Positions 39,301 to 60,573 of a DNA stretch of 64,000 nucleotides are shown here, piece after piece; the stretch's first letter is position 1, and each line of letters opens with the position of its first letter. The translations under genes were made by a program, and so were the position numbers. The stretch is from Trichoplax sp. H2. Lineage: Eukaryota. The stretch is taken from the NCBI GenBank assembly GCA_003344405.1, contig NOWV01000013.1:434001-498000 (forward strand). Direction: 5' to 3'. The notes below the pieces were generated by a model that had not been told where the DNA came from, did not search any database, and saw only the letters and a list, made by a program, of their open reading frames with translations.

Positions 39301-42300
39301 TACCTGCTTCCGATTTGATGGTATTCATATATTGCTAAGCTTCCGTCATCAATGAAATAAAAGCCATCTAATTCCTTCAATGCATCTGAATTGGTGCTGT
39401 TTATAAGCATGTAAAGATATTAGAATTAAGTCGACTTTGTAAATTTTCAAGGCAAAGAGACTTTTAAATACAACATCTAATACGTATAAATGATATATTA
39501 AATTAATCCTATCTAATCTAAGAATATATTTTGTATCATTAACCCTCGTAGATTTAATGTGATCAGAAGCACAATAAAATTTTGTTTTACCTTGATATAA
39601 TTCGAATACCAAATCTAATTCGGTGTTGCAGTGAGTTATCTGAATGACGATTCTGGCTGTAGGCAGTTCTATAATCAATTATAATAATAATAAACAGTAT
39701 TTGTAACAAAGTCAAAAACTTGGGAAATAAATTTCTTTAACAGTTACTGTGAAGAAGCACTGTTATAACTTTTAGTTCTCATTCAAGGAAAATTGCCCAA
39801 AATTTGAAGTGTAATCTTAATATATAGTAAATTATTTTAACTATTCAGTTCCAGTGATATTAATCATTTAATATTAAAACTTGCAATTTAATTAACAATT
39901 CTTAGTCGGGCGATGTAACAAATGTCGTAATCAGTTTTATACAATATATGTAAGGAAAGAGGGATTATGTGGTACCTATTACTAATCAAGTGGCGTCTTG
40001 ATCGGAATGCTTCTGAACTATTGTCAGTTATTTTACTCGCAACTCTAGCGGATATATCAATCCTAATAAAAATGAAAGTTATACCGCATGTTAAATCAAT
40101 ACATAGCTGGATCAACTTAATAGGTTTTCACCCTAATAGATAACAAGTTATCGAATACATTCGTTGATCAGCAAGTTAACAGGTATGAAATCCATTTCAC
40201 TTCAGTAATGCTTTACAATTAAGTGATACTTAATATAACAATATCCGCATGACTGAGATATGTTACTTAAACTGCACGATAGCATAAATGAATTTTTCGT
40301 ACTTTTTTAGGTGCTCTAAAACAGCTTCTTCAGCAGCTTCAATTCGTTTAATTTCTTCTGGAGTCATCTAAGTTAGTCATATATTTATGTAGATATTAGA
40401 GTTATGTATTTAGCATCACTATAGTATTCTTTAAATAAAGCGTCTTTTCGAAGTAAAATAGCCTCTTACCTTACCAATTAATGATTTTAATGTATATTTC
40501 AAATAAACAAAGGCGTACATTTATAATGTTATTAACGTTATAATAATAGACTGTATGCTGATATTGTGATATCGATACCTTAATATGTTACAATTTACCT
40601 GGCTCAAACTTTCTAGACTCTCCAATTTTCTCTGAGCTTGACGAAGAGATCTTGATACCAGTTTACCAGTAGTTTTGCCAACAGCATCTGGTTCCCTTGA
40701 ATTGCATTCAAAAGTAAAGTATACTAACTATACCACGTTTCACACTAACAACGAATCTACTGTTCTAGTTGATAGTGATATTTCTATAATTTAAACGACG
40801 TTCACTTTGACTAAGCGTAAGTCTCCTGCCTAATCATCGATCTTAAGCATTTATTAGCCTCGACAATAATATTTATATCTTACTGTGCGTGGATATTTTT
40901 CTCCTATATAATATTGAACAAATAATACAAGTTTTTTAATTAGCGATACTAAATAAATTTTTGCAATATTAAATAGAATACATAGGTATTCTCTATTACC
41001 CAGGAAAAGTTATATCAACACTATATGAATCCATAAGTTTTAATTTTTTTAGAATCTCAGATTTTATTGCTAACAGCAATGGCTAGTAACTCTGCTAGTT
41101 CTGATATTAGATTAAAACTTACTTGTATATCTACTTTCTGAACAAATCCTTCTCTATATGTATCAGGCAGTTTCAACGCTGGAATATCCTCGGGCTTATC
41201 GAATGTATCTGTCCTGTTATATACTAATTTTTCCTCCAGTAATTTCTTCTCTTCTGCTTCTTTTCTAGCATCATTGACACGCCACCCACCTCCTCTACCG
41301 GTTGGCTGTGGCCTCTTACTTGATAATGGTCGACCCCAACTTTAAAATATTAAATATAGTAGCATTAAAACATTTTATAATCACGAATTACACATAAAAA
41401 ATTTTCATAAAATTTTTTATGTAACTAGACATAGAAGCTTTACCTAACATTAGAGGTTGTATCAGATGTATCATATGTAGATTGAGGAAGCAATTGATGA
41501 CTCTGAGGTTTAGGTAATCATCCAATAGTTAAGAAAAATAGATTTGTTAGAGATTCATGATTAAATTCTACTTTTGTTGTTTAAAAGTGTCATAGAAACG
41601 AGTTTAAGAGATTTTTGAACTTTAAATGGTAATTAACGAACTCTATCATCGCCTTGGGCCAAATTTCCAAGCTCTAGAGGAGGAACGCTAGAGATATATT
41701 ATAAAATGCAAAAAGATACTGATATTACGCCTGTATGTCATTAATATAGTGATCATAAATTTACATTCTGAAAAGTTATTTGGAAATATATGTGCCATGG
41801 TCAAAATAACGATGCAGTGAAATGTTACTCACTCACCCAAATGGAGTTTTCTTCTGGATACCCTTTTGATCATTGTCTTGCGTAACATCTCTTGCTGGAT
41901 TCACTTGGTCTTTCTTTTATAATTATAATCAAAAGAATTTATCGATCGACTTCATACTTACTCACTAAGCATATGATTGCTAACATGTACGGTATTTCGA
42001 CTGTAGAGTACTGCTAATGATATTTTTATCATAAAATTTCCCACGTAATAGCTGTTAATTCATTCAACGGTCAAAGTAATGAAACACAGTACATTATAAG
42101 AGTAAATAGCTACAGCATATTAATGGATATTGAAGTTTTTATTAACACATTTGCAATTAAAATGTAGTTCTATAATCTAAGTTCTTTAGATAGGTACCGT
42201 ACCGTTGATACTCCAATTTCTCTTTTAGTAGCTTCTAAAGCTGACTTTGTAATAACTCCAGCCTATATACATATATTAAAAATATATCTTAGTAAACATA

Positions 42301-42755
42301 TCAAGGAAATGTATCGCAAGTTGGCAGGAGAATAATCAATAGTAAATTTTAACTGTAAGTGTCAACTGACTGCAAGAAATCGTATTATAAAAGCAACTAT
42401 CCGCAATGGCATTACAAGGGATAAGAGCTCTAACAATATTCAACTTATTCTATGAGATCACATCTAACGCCAATAATGCAATATACACAAGTGATTTACT
42501 AGACTGGCATTACATAAGAGTTGCATCTACAGCTTGATAGTGTAAAATGATGGACAGTAAATAAACCGTTACGATAATGCTTTCCGTTCATACTTTTTGA
42601 GATGGTTGATGTCCAGGGGATTGCGGTAGATTTTGGTTACTCCCACCTAATAAATCAGCTACACCGAACCGCTGTTCTCTTGATTTCGCCGATCGCTGGC
42701 GAGGAGAATTCTCAATTCGCGAAGATTTACCGTGAACAGTTAAATCAAGAGACAT
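36352..42755 (-). CDS. CAPS2: Calcyphosin-2 (DM10-like domain plus EF-hand region)
   Basis: About 18 phase-compatible exons from ATG 42755 (MSLDLTVHG...) through VPPLELGNL, HRIRFGIRIIS, ELDGFYFIDDGSLAIYEYHQIGSRSTALPLIQR, LRITNVDE, IKRRGIKTVIGLGQYLRTLD and AFRKLDSSKQGVVNIFEI to DFLLYYIGLAFGLDDDIFYAVIKKSWRL-TAA (36352). These motifs match my recollection of vertebrate CAPS2. Includes a frame-required 20-nt exon at 40903-40884. Confidence 0.88.
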
Positions 42756-43696
42756 TGATCTTGACTATTGTGTAGGGGATTTTTGCTATCTATGTAACAA
42801 ATATTAAATTGGAAACGTTCAAAGTAAAATTATTACAGGTAAATAGCCTTGTAATTATATCAATTACAAAAAATGGCTAGAAAGGTGATCATAAAACATA
42901 TCATTACAGCATAACGCACTTATGCTCCTACATTAAACAAGTACACGTAGAGTATCATCAGGCATGATCGTATTTATCCTGGAAGTTACTACTAATATAC
43001 GGTAAGTTATGTAACTATGCCAATGCTAGCGATAATATTTATCATTGTTATCGCCATGAGATCATAATAGTTTACTATATCTGTTTCAATGATTGTTTAT
43101 TACCAAGTTTAACTTTAATTTCAAGTTATTTATAAAGTATTTTATACTTCAGTCTAATACTAACCAAACAAGTCCAATCGAAATAATAACAGTTCTTGAG
43201 TTTGCGATTTGCAAGTTATGGTGTATCCGTCCTCCGTATTGTAGTATTATCCGATTTAATGCTATCCTAGATATCAGTGCTCGCTATCGTACAGTATAAT
43301 AGTTTAATCTTACTGTAATCGTTAATATGCTTCTGTGTAATCATTTACTACGTCGAAATGAGTTGTTGAATTTTTTGGCTGCAAATCTGCAAAGTCGTTT
43401 CTAAGATACGATCTAGCTAAGCGAGCGAACATTGGAGACTGTAGTGAACAACTAACCATCATCTCGTGTCCGCTACAGTACTATAATAGTATAGTCAAGG
43501 ACCACTAGAAAAATGAATAGTGCCGTACAGATTAAGTAGGACAGTAATATCCGACGGTAAAGTACTATACTGTGCAATAAACGCTGTTCAGTACACTATA
43601 GCGTAGCTCATAATAAGACTAAGTATAGCAATGATGAACAATTATATGAAATTTACATATAATTATATACTTAATTATTATATTTCTTTATTTATA

Positions 43697-44008
43697 AATT
43701 CCCAACTATAATATTAGGTGCCATATTTGTAAATTTGCCTTCATAATTTTTGTAGTATGTTAATCTCCTGGGTAGTATAAGTATCTCTGCTTGTAATAAA
43801 ATTTAATTATAACATTAGATGCCATTTTTGTAGATTCCCGTTTCTAACTTCTATAGTATGTTAGTCTCCTGTGCAGTGTAAGTATCTCTGCTTGTAGTAA
43901 AATCCAATTATAACATTAGGTGCCATTTTTGTATATTTTATTTTATAATTTCTGTAATGTATTAGTCTCATATATAATATAAGTATCTCTGCTTTTAATA
44001 AAATTCAA
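43697..44008. repeat. Three diverged tandem copies of a 101 bp unit
   Basis: AAGTATCTCTGCTT at 43779, 43880 and 43981; ATTAG(G/A)TGCCAT recurs with the same period. Confidence 0.92.
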
Positions 44009-46428
44009 ATCCAGTTAAAACTTCAGCGGACAGTAATGTCATTTATTACAATTTTTCAGGGAGAATGGGACAGTCCAATATTAACGGAGGATAAGAATGA
44101 ACAATGACAGAAAAATCTCACTTTACATATAACCGACAATTAATAGCTTCTACTACCTTACAAATAATTATAACTTCCTAATAGACTAGCGTTAACAGCT
44201 ATTTAAGTTACTTAATCTTGCTAATATTACAATGCCATGAAGAAATAGTATCAACTAGCGAAACTCCATGGAAATTCCACGGAATAAAATATGCAATTTT
44301 AAGGTAATAACTGCGTAGCACACGCACAGTACAATCGCATTAATATGATTTGATATTTTTAATATTTCATAGTAATACAAGTAAAAATAGACAAAATGAA
44401 CATTTTTAGGTATCAAATACATATATCACATTTGTAAATCACCTACTGTAACGTCTATTCAATACGAACGGAAATTCAATTTCATCTCGCACGTTAGGCA
44501 TGCTTCATATTTCGAAGGTTGATCATGCAATATTATTCAAAGTATAATTCATTTAGTTAGAAAGTGAGTTATGCATGAATTACGATTTGAATTGATCGCA
44601 GTCTTGTATATTTTATTTTGCAAGTACAATCGTATGCATTGCTAGATTATGCTTACATATATGACAAATCACAGGATAGCCAATGACGCTACGTTATCAC
44701 TGAAATGCCTATCATCTTTAGCCAATCGTAAATTCTTAACTAAACTTCTAACATAATTTTGATATTATAGCAAGGACAGCGTATAGTTGAGCGTCAGAGA
44801 ATGTTAATTGGTCAAAAGATAATCCAAATTTCGTTTAACTTTTGTCTTTGCAATTTATTAGCAGCGATTGCAAGAGCTGGATTAATTGAAAATTTTTTCA
44901 TCTCTATATGAAAGGGATAAAGAAAACGCCAAGGTTCTAACTTATTCCTGCTATAAATCGAGACTTGTAACGAGGAAGTTACAACTTCTATAAGAAATTA
45001 TTTAAACTATGAGTCTGCTCTGCCCTCTCCAATATCTACCTATAGCACGAATCTAGATACAGACACTCTCCCCATTAATATTATTACGCAAGAATATCAG
45101 CAGATTTCTAGACTATGAGACCTACTGAACTGAGTAATTGGTATTATTGTCACTGATAGCTAGGCAGAGTTTATTAACATACTAGCTATGTACAGAGATA
45201 TCGACAATAATTTCAGTGTAGTAAATCATCTGAGATACCCTATCTTAGCAAATGCTCTTTGAACGGTTTATACACTCTCGATATGCAATTATAAATAAGT
45301 TAATGACTTTCATTATAACAGTAATAAAGTCAATAACTATAACTTAATCAAAAAATTGAAATAATGGATCTTGAATAACCAAACGGTGTATAGCTGATAA
45401 TTACATTATAAGGATTACAGTACTGTATAATACCCTTCTGAGTTGGACAGATCGATAATAAACATATATAGTGCTAATTTTAACTAGTAATTACATGATT
45501 GACAATATGATATCAACAATATATTATATGCAGCATCTTTTCTCAATTGAAATTCCTATTGCTATCACATTGTAACGTTTTATTTAATATGCTAAACTAC
45601 TGTGATACACTTTAAGTCTTATCTTAAAAATAATACTATCAATTAACTCAAAACACATGAAAGAAAAAGACATAGTGTATATACCCATGATGTATAATTA
45701 CCCAAAAATAACGAAGATCTATTTAAATTGAATTTTATGCTACCCCTCTAAAATTGGCCGGGTATCCTAATGTAAATACAAATATACCTTTACACAATAG
45801 TAATATAAACCTAATAACTTACATTATATTATCTAATATCGCAGTTATCTAAGTATAATAATGAATACTCAGACTTTGCAATGAGCAACAATTAATGAAC
45901 TACTATAGTACAAACCATAAAGTCAGGTAGTATCTTAAAAGCCGCGGTAAACTTAATGTAAAATCATATAATAAACAATGATAATTACAGTTTTTAAATT
46001 TTAAAGCTTTCCTAATCAAAGATAAACTATCTTTATCCTCAATCACATAAAATAAATCGAAAATTTCTATTTAAACATTTCGAACAAACAGCATATCAGC
46101 AATTAATATGTAATTATATGTATTAAGCTAGTCAAAAATTGAAGCCATCCATATAGCAGTTAATTTACCATTATAATATTACTGATGGTATGATACGAAA
46201 AATCAGTAATTTGATAGCAATATACTGTACAAAAGGTAGAGTAGAAAATTTCTCTTGGCGTACGCAAGTCAAAAACAACTTTTTAAAAAAGTTTTTAGCT
46301 CTAAGAAATAAACGATTGTGTAGAAATAATTTCCCTATCAAGACAGTATGAATAAATGTGCGTCTCAATATTTGCCGTAGGAAAAATCACGTAATTTAAA
46401 CCGAAGCCACAATATATAAACAATGAAA

Positions 46429-54060
<7,632 letters not shown>

Positions 54061-54169
54061 TTTCAGGTACTTTTTAAGCGATGCTCGTTCGCGTTCAACA
54101 AGAAAATTTTGATTTAGATTTTAGTTTTAATCTACCAGCCGACAAGTGACAATTGCAATGCGGCGGCAG

Positions 54170-54520
54170 TCAGCAAGAGTTCACTATGAACTCTCTGCTG
54201 TAAGTCCAGTACAGTATACAGTAAGTCAATAGTACTATACTGTATTTAAGGCGTTAAGGCGTAGTTCGGTAGTTGTGATACAGCGAATATAGGTTCAAGT
54301 TGTCCGGTTGTCCGTAGTACAGTACAGTACGTTGCTGTCGCGTGTACTGTACTGTACTGTACAGTACAGTAGAAAAGACTTTTTGTACAGTAGTACTGTA
54401 ATCTAGCCATCGTGCTGTCCAGTGTACTGTGCTATACAGACTTGACAGATGTACAGATGCGTGATACAGTACTATATTGTACTTTGCGCACTGTCAAAGG
54501 GCTGTACAGCGATGTGCATC
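54170..54520 (-). promoter_or_regulatory. Probable USP47 promoter with palindromic CAGTA/TACTG pentamer arrays
   Basis: Immediately 5' of the USP47 first exon; CpG-richer; contains GTACAGTACAGTAC-13nt-GTACTGTACTGTAC. Confidence 0.5.
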
Positions 54521-57500
54521 CAATTTCGAATTATTAGATCTAGACCTGAGAAAGGTTCAGTAAAATGCTGTTCAAATTGAAAATTCTTTCAATTTGAACC
54601 GCTATTAGTATAGGGGGAAATGGAAGGGATCGAATTCAATGCACACTTCTGTACTGTACTCTGGCTTTTACTTACTTTACAAATTTTACTGTCATTTCCC
54701 ATTAATTAAGTACGCGTACAGCATATCTCGCGTAGGCATATCATTTTGTCGGATGATTATACTAGTAAATGATAGAGTATTTGAATCAGTGTAACTTTCA
54801 TCAATTTTCAATATTGTTTCTATAGTCTTAACAGACACAATAAATTCTTACATCATTATACGATTTTCGTAGGTCATGATACCGTAGTAACATTGATGTG
54901 AATTGTGTGAACTGTTCTCGCTCTCTTTTATTTATTTGTTAGTCTATAATCTTGTTATTGCTGTCTACTCGATACTGTATGACGTTGTTGGTAATATACA
55001 TCGAGGTTTTAAATAAATTAGGCGTCTCCCCATTCGATTAAATTTACTCAATAGCACTGGAAGTTCTTGACTTCATGAGAAAAATCTTGCAGATTTCTGG
55101 TGGTATAGCAGCACAGGGCGGAAAAATCGACCCACAGAACGGAAGTTAATGCGGAGATTTCGAGGTTGCGGCTTGCTAACGTTTGATACGCAAACTCAGT
55201 ACTATCGCTGTTTCCTAGAGACAACGAGACATTTTTGTCAAAATTTCAGATCAATGTTACTAGTAGTCTACGCAAAAGGTATCGATCAGTTTAGCTCCGA
55301 TATATTCTATGTCAGTCGGTATGATCAATTCGATTTGGACTCTAACTGGTCTGTGTTCGAGTACATCTCTAATTGCAATCTACTAAACTATACTGTATCG
55401 TTCGCCTAGTAATTAATAATTTGTTGGCCAATTGAATTCACAATGACTACAATTTCTATTAATGAAATTGCCTGAAATACGAATTATACATAAGACATAG
55501 GCGTAAAAGTAAAAAATACGCTTACCCACCATTTCCTCTTAGCGATTATAGTAGATAGTAAATTATTTATATTTTGTCCGTTCTCACAATCATTTCTATT
55601 CCAGTCTCAATGAAATACAACTAAAGTGAACATAAGAAGGTCCGTTTGACATTACAGCGATATCTATTTCTTGAATCATAGAGGTATGAGTGGATCGTGT
55701 TGTATCCAAGATAGGGATAAAATATCAGTCGATTAAAGAGAACTTTCAAGATCGCTGAAATCGACAACATAGCCCATCGCAAACCAGCTCATTGACAAGG
55801 TGACGAAAAAGCCAAATCTACAAATCTTCTCCCTAAACAGCATATCCGGTCACTAAAATTCGTCTAAAAAGAAACACTTAGGAATACTTATCTAATTCTA
55901 CAGATTTTCAGTGATTTGTACGCCTTTAACTTTACGTTTTAAGCACTATATTTAAGAACTAACTTTCTTATACAAAATTTAGGGCTTATATATTTTTTAC
56001 AGTAATTAGAATTCATAATTATATAATTAGTATCAAAACCACCTATAAAATCAGATGGTTAAATTACATCTAAATGCTTAATCATAACGGTGATATTGAA
56101 GAAGATCGATATCCGATAATTTAAGACTATTAGGTTACAATATGTCTATTTTCAGAACTATTAAGGCACACTATGCGATCTAATGTAAATCAGTCACAAT
56201 CACATATTACGGTACAAGATACGTAAAGTTCGAACTATCTCGCAATCGAAATAAAGCTACGTCGCCAAGCATTGCAAAACTACCCTACGTTGAGATAGCA
56301 CCGTGACATAGCCCAATGTTAATGGAATGTCGCTAGATAGTTAAGCATTTAATATGATCAGATATACCAAAGAAAACGAGGGAAAGAAATTTATCAATCT
56401 TAGACATTCTAACATATGCAAATAATTATATTCATGAATATCGCCTTTATTGTTGCTTCAACATACGGTAGTTCTGAAAATTAGTCAATTTTCAACTACT
56501 GGATGAACAACATCCTTCTTAAACAAATGCCACTTTTCATTAATTATATATTATTCGCCATTCTTGCAATATAGGCTTGATTGCATTCGCTTATAATGTA
56601 CGCCGTGTTCTTACAATTGCAATGGAAATAGTTAAACAATTAATTTTCCCTTGCGAAATCGATGATGTTAAATCTCTTGAAGACACTTGCATAGTCTAGT
56701 ACCCAATAGTGCTCATTTATTACAGCTATAGTAATTACAATTTATTGCACTATTTTACTTCAATATTAATTCAAAAAACCATATTGATTCTCTTTATCCT
56801 GATAATTTTCCGTTGCTTAAACATAGACACCTTCATAGTCTAGAATGCAAGAACAATCTATTATGCTGTTTTACTTTGGTAGCAATTCCAATAACCAAGT
56901 TGATTCTCATGCCCTGATAATATATATAATATGATCTACCATTGTATGAACTACATTTAGCACGGTTTACCAATAAGAAAAAACTACTCATGATGGCATT
57001 TTATCCTATGAAAACCGAGCTTAACGCGTATATCTATAAGATTAACTTTTCTTGATGAAGAATTTTTTCCTTGCGAGTTTCTCATAAGCCTTTCACAAGC
57101 TGCGATCAGCTAGCTAGTAGCTATATTAGTCAAATAATTCTTATTATTTTGTAGGTGCCATACAAATTCTTTAGATGCGTGAAACTTACGTACCCTCTAA
57201 CAATTAACACTTTTAATTCTTTTCGAAATTTTTTAATACTATAACTTTGTCTTGATACTACATTTGATCAGGAGTAATTATTTTTTCCTTGCGCAATTCT
57301 GACATCATTCAGAGTATTAAAGTAATGATATATAGAATTAACTTAATAATACTAGCCCAAAGATAGTAAACGCAATTCTTAAGATTTGTTTCTTTGTTAC
57401 AAAGACATCAATGTCCTTGTCATCTATTTTTGAGAAATTTATTCGTGTTAAAACAAATCATCGACCTTTTTAAGCTGATTTTTATGCGGTATTTTTCTGT

Positions 57501-58852
57501 TACGATCCGATCCTTGCATAAAGATTTTACTGATCACATCGAAAAGAAAAGTTTATGTTTATCAAGAAATAAATATTGAAAAGCCTTTCAATTTTAAATA
57601 ATAATCCATACCAAGAAAATGAGAATTACTGCAAATAATTTAAGAAGGGAAATTGTTAACTATTCCTACTGCACCCTATTGATATCGTTTACAGTGATTG
57701 TATCACTAAATTACATTAAAAGTTAACTAGCAATAGAATGTGTAAGATTTTAGCAACATGTAGAAATAAACATGATTTAAGGCCGAAGTATGCTATTTCC
57801 TTTTGCATCCGTAATTACTATAGTACCACTTAGGACACATTGGACAGTGAAGAGTGTATTAAGTAACAGTCACCATCATTTCTTTAAAGATACTACGCCT
57901 AAACAAAGCTTCTGAATTATTTAATCATATTAATGACAAAGACCAAAACTTTCATCAACCTTTCCAAATCATGGCTTATTTTTTAGGTATAAACCATGAG
58001 TACTAACGCAGCGTACAGTAGTCCTAGTATTTGAGATATGCAATACAACTATCCACTATAATTACTTACGTCACCTAAGAAACTACAATTAAGAGTAGAT
58101 TTTCACTTTCTATTATTTATTCTTACTCTAAAAATTGCTAAAAATTTAAAGTTATAAACGTATATAAAAATAAAAAATTAATATTCATCACAATGAATTT
58201 GTGAAAGATCAAATGTATTTTGTCGTAATTGAAAAACAATTAAAAAATTTAAAATTCCTCTACAATAAAAGGCAGGCCCTGCAGAATAGCTAAAATGTAC
58301 TTACAATTTACAAATCAAGGTATCGAAAGGTTAAATATCTTTTAACGATTAAATTATTAACGATTGGTTAAAAAATGTCGATAATAAAAAGGAAGATAGT
58401 ATAAATAATAACTATTAATTAAGTTTACCGGGTAATTATTTTTAATTTACCGGTTGAATAACCAGAAAAAATCCAACTGTTTTCATTCTTATATATTTTT
58501 TTTAGCTTTACGATATCAATCAATTTGATATTAGTACTAAACTTCAAGATTGCTTTAAGGTAACACTACTTTATTATTGATATTATTTTTATACCTATAA
58601 AGTTTTTATTGACTCTTTAATTCAATAAACTTACATTCAAATTAATCACAGTTTAATTCATAGTTCTATTATTCTCGTCATTTAAAAGTCTATGCTACGT
58701 TATCAGGATTCAATTGATTCTGCGCCGATATTGTACCAGGTGGATTCAGCTAAACATTCCTACAGTATAAATTGGCCAGACAATATTATTTTTACCAAAT
58801 TTCAATCCACATTACCTAAAGATCAAGACTGAATATTTTATTGAAAATCACG

Positions 58853-60298
58853 ATGAAAAATGAATGTCAAATAAGTTATGGAGCAGTTATATACCTTTGT
58901 AAGTAAAAATCGAGTACAAGATAGAAATAAAACAAAATTCTATTTATGAGCTTATTTGAATATAATACGGAAAATCATCTCATGTCGGATCATATCTTGA
59001 TAGACTTAGTTCTGTATAGCTTTAAGAAATTACTTTAGTAAAAAAACTAGAAAAAATTATGATAAAACATTTTTCTAAGTATAGCATTTCCGATTTGTAA
59101 TTTCTGTATTTAACTTAGTATAAATTTTCACCATTCTTACTATACCTGATCCTATATTATTACGATCGAAATAATTAGTGAAGTTTATTTAATTTTGTAT
59201 GCCGTTGTAATTCATTTCTGCATACACTATATTCTCTAAGATCCATTTTTACTAACAATTGCTCATAGTAGTGTGAATTAAGAATCTATACTTTTAGATA
59301 CGATACATCTTAAATAAATTTAAGTAATGTTCCATTCCTACTAAATCTTAAAATATCTAGATTTTGTGCTGGCAATTTCTTTAACAGAAGGCCTACAAAT
59401 TAACAATATAAGCTATATACCGTTTGAGATAACTTTACAAAATGGATCAGATTGCTATTGGATCCATAATTCACAATCTTACGTGCAGATGCAAAGTGAT
59501 GTCAAGGAATGGGTAAATATGAGATTGCTAAGTATAAAAGATATATTTTAGAATAATGCTATAATTCTTAATTACGATACACCGATATAATCTTTTTGAG
59601 ACAGCGATAGATATTTCATAAAAATAATGAAATTTAAATAATGTTAAACTCGGACACTACCAGTATAATATAACATTAACCTAAACGGAATAACCTCTAG
59701 GAATTTTTTCACGGCTTTCTATATCTGATATCGTATCAATTAACTAGATTAAACTATATAAAAAGCAAGGATATGCCTGATGATGGCAGCTAACCTTTTA
59801 CAAATCATTCTCCTGAAAAGTATCAATGTCACTAAATGTGATGTTAATTATATTATACGTATTATATATTTATTAGCATAGAAAGAGTGCCGTAAAAAGG
59901 TATGTAGTAAAATTAGTTATGGGACATTCACTCTTGTATGATAGTAATGCCTAGAATAAAATGGCAATATAAGCATAAAGAGTCAATCTTCAGAAATATC
60001 AATTTATTTAATAGCTGAAAGAGTTTATAAATTTATTTCTATAGTGAGAGAAAAAAATCATTTCAGATAAACATAAAATCCTTGATTATAAATATAATAC
60101 TTTTCCACTTCGGTAAACATCATTTGATTCCCTTGTGATTTATGTTATGTTAACTAGTTTTAGAGTTTTAACTGTTATTATAAATACTCAATACATCGCC
60201 ATTTATATTTTTTTGCCTACAATTGATATATCTATAATAGACAGTACGTTGGCGCTGTACTAAATTAAATCGCTACTACCGTCATAATAACAATGATC
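58853..60298 (+). CDS. Putative orphan secreted or membrane protein, 5' exons only (3' end unresolved)
   Basis: ATG exon 58853-58898 (donor GTAAGT, phase 1) joins 59361-59512 in frame to give MKNECQISYGAVIYLYFVLAISLTEG-LQINNISYIPFEITLQNGSDCYW..., a signal-peptide-like N-terminus with two N-glycosylation sequons. Possible further exons: 59882-59899 and 60241-60298. Confidence 0.4.
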
Positions 60299-60503
60299 GT
60301 AAGAGTAAACAAACCAATAAAGCGATAGACTGTAAAAAAATTGAACTGTCCCTTGAAAATAATCAACTGGTCACACCTTCATTTTTGATAATTCATACTC
60401 TAGCAATTATCTATTTTTAAGTGAACTTTAATAGACATAATAGCTAGTTTTTGCTAAAAAATGTTTATGCTTAAGTTATATATACATAGGATTTGTCGAG
60501 CTA

Positions 60504-60573
60504 TTTATTAAATCCCAGCCACCCACCCTTGAAACGAACATTTATTAAATCGCACCCACCCTTGAAACGAGCA
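60504..60573. repeat. Two-copy tandem duplication of about 35 bp
   Basis: TTTATTAAATC..CACCCACCCTTGAAACGA occurs twice. Confidence 0.85.
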
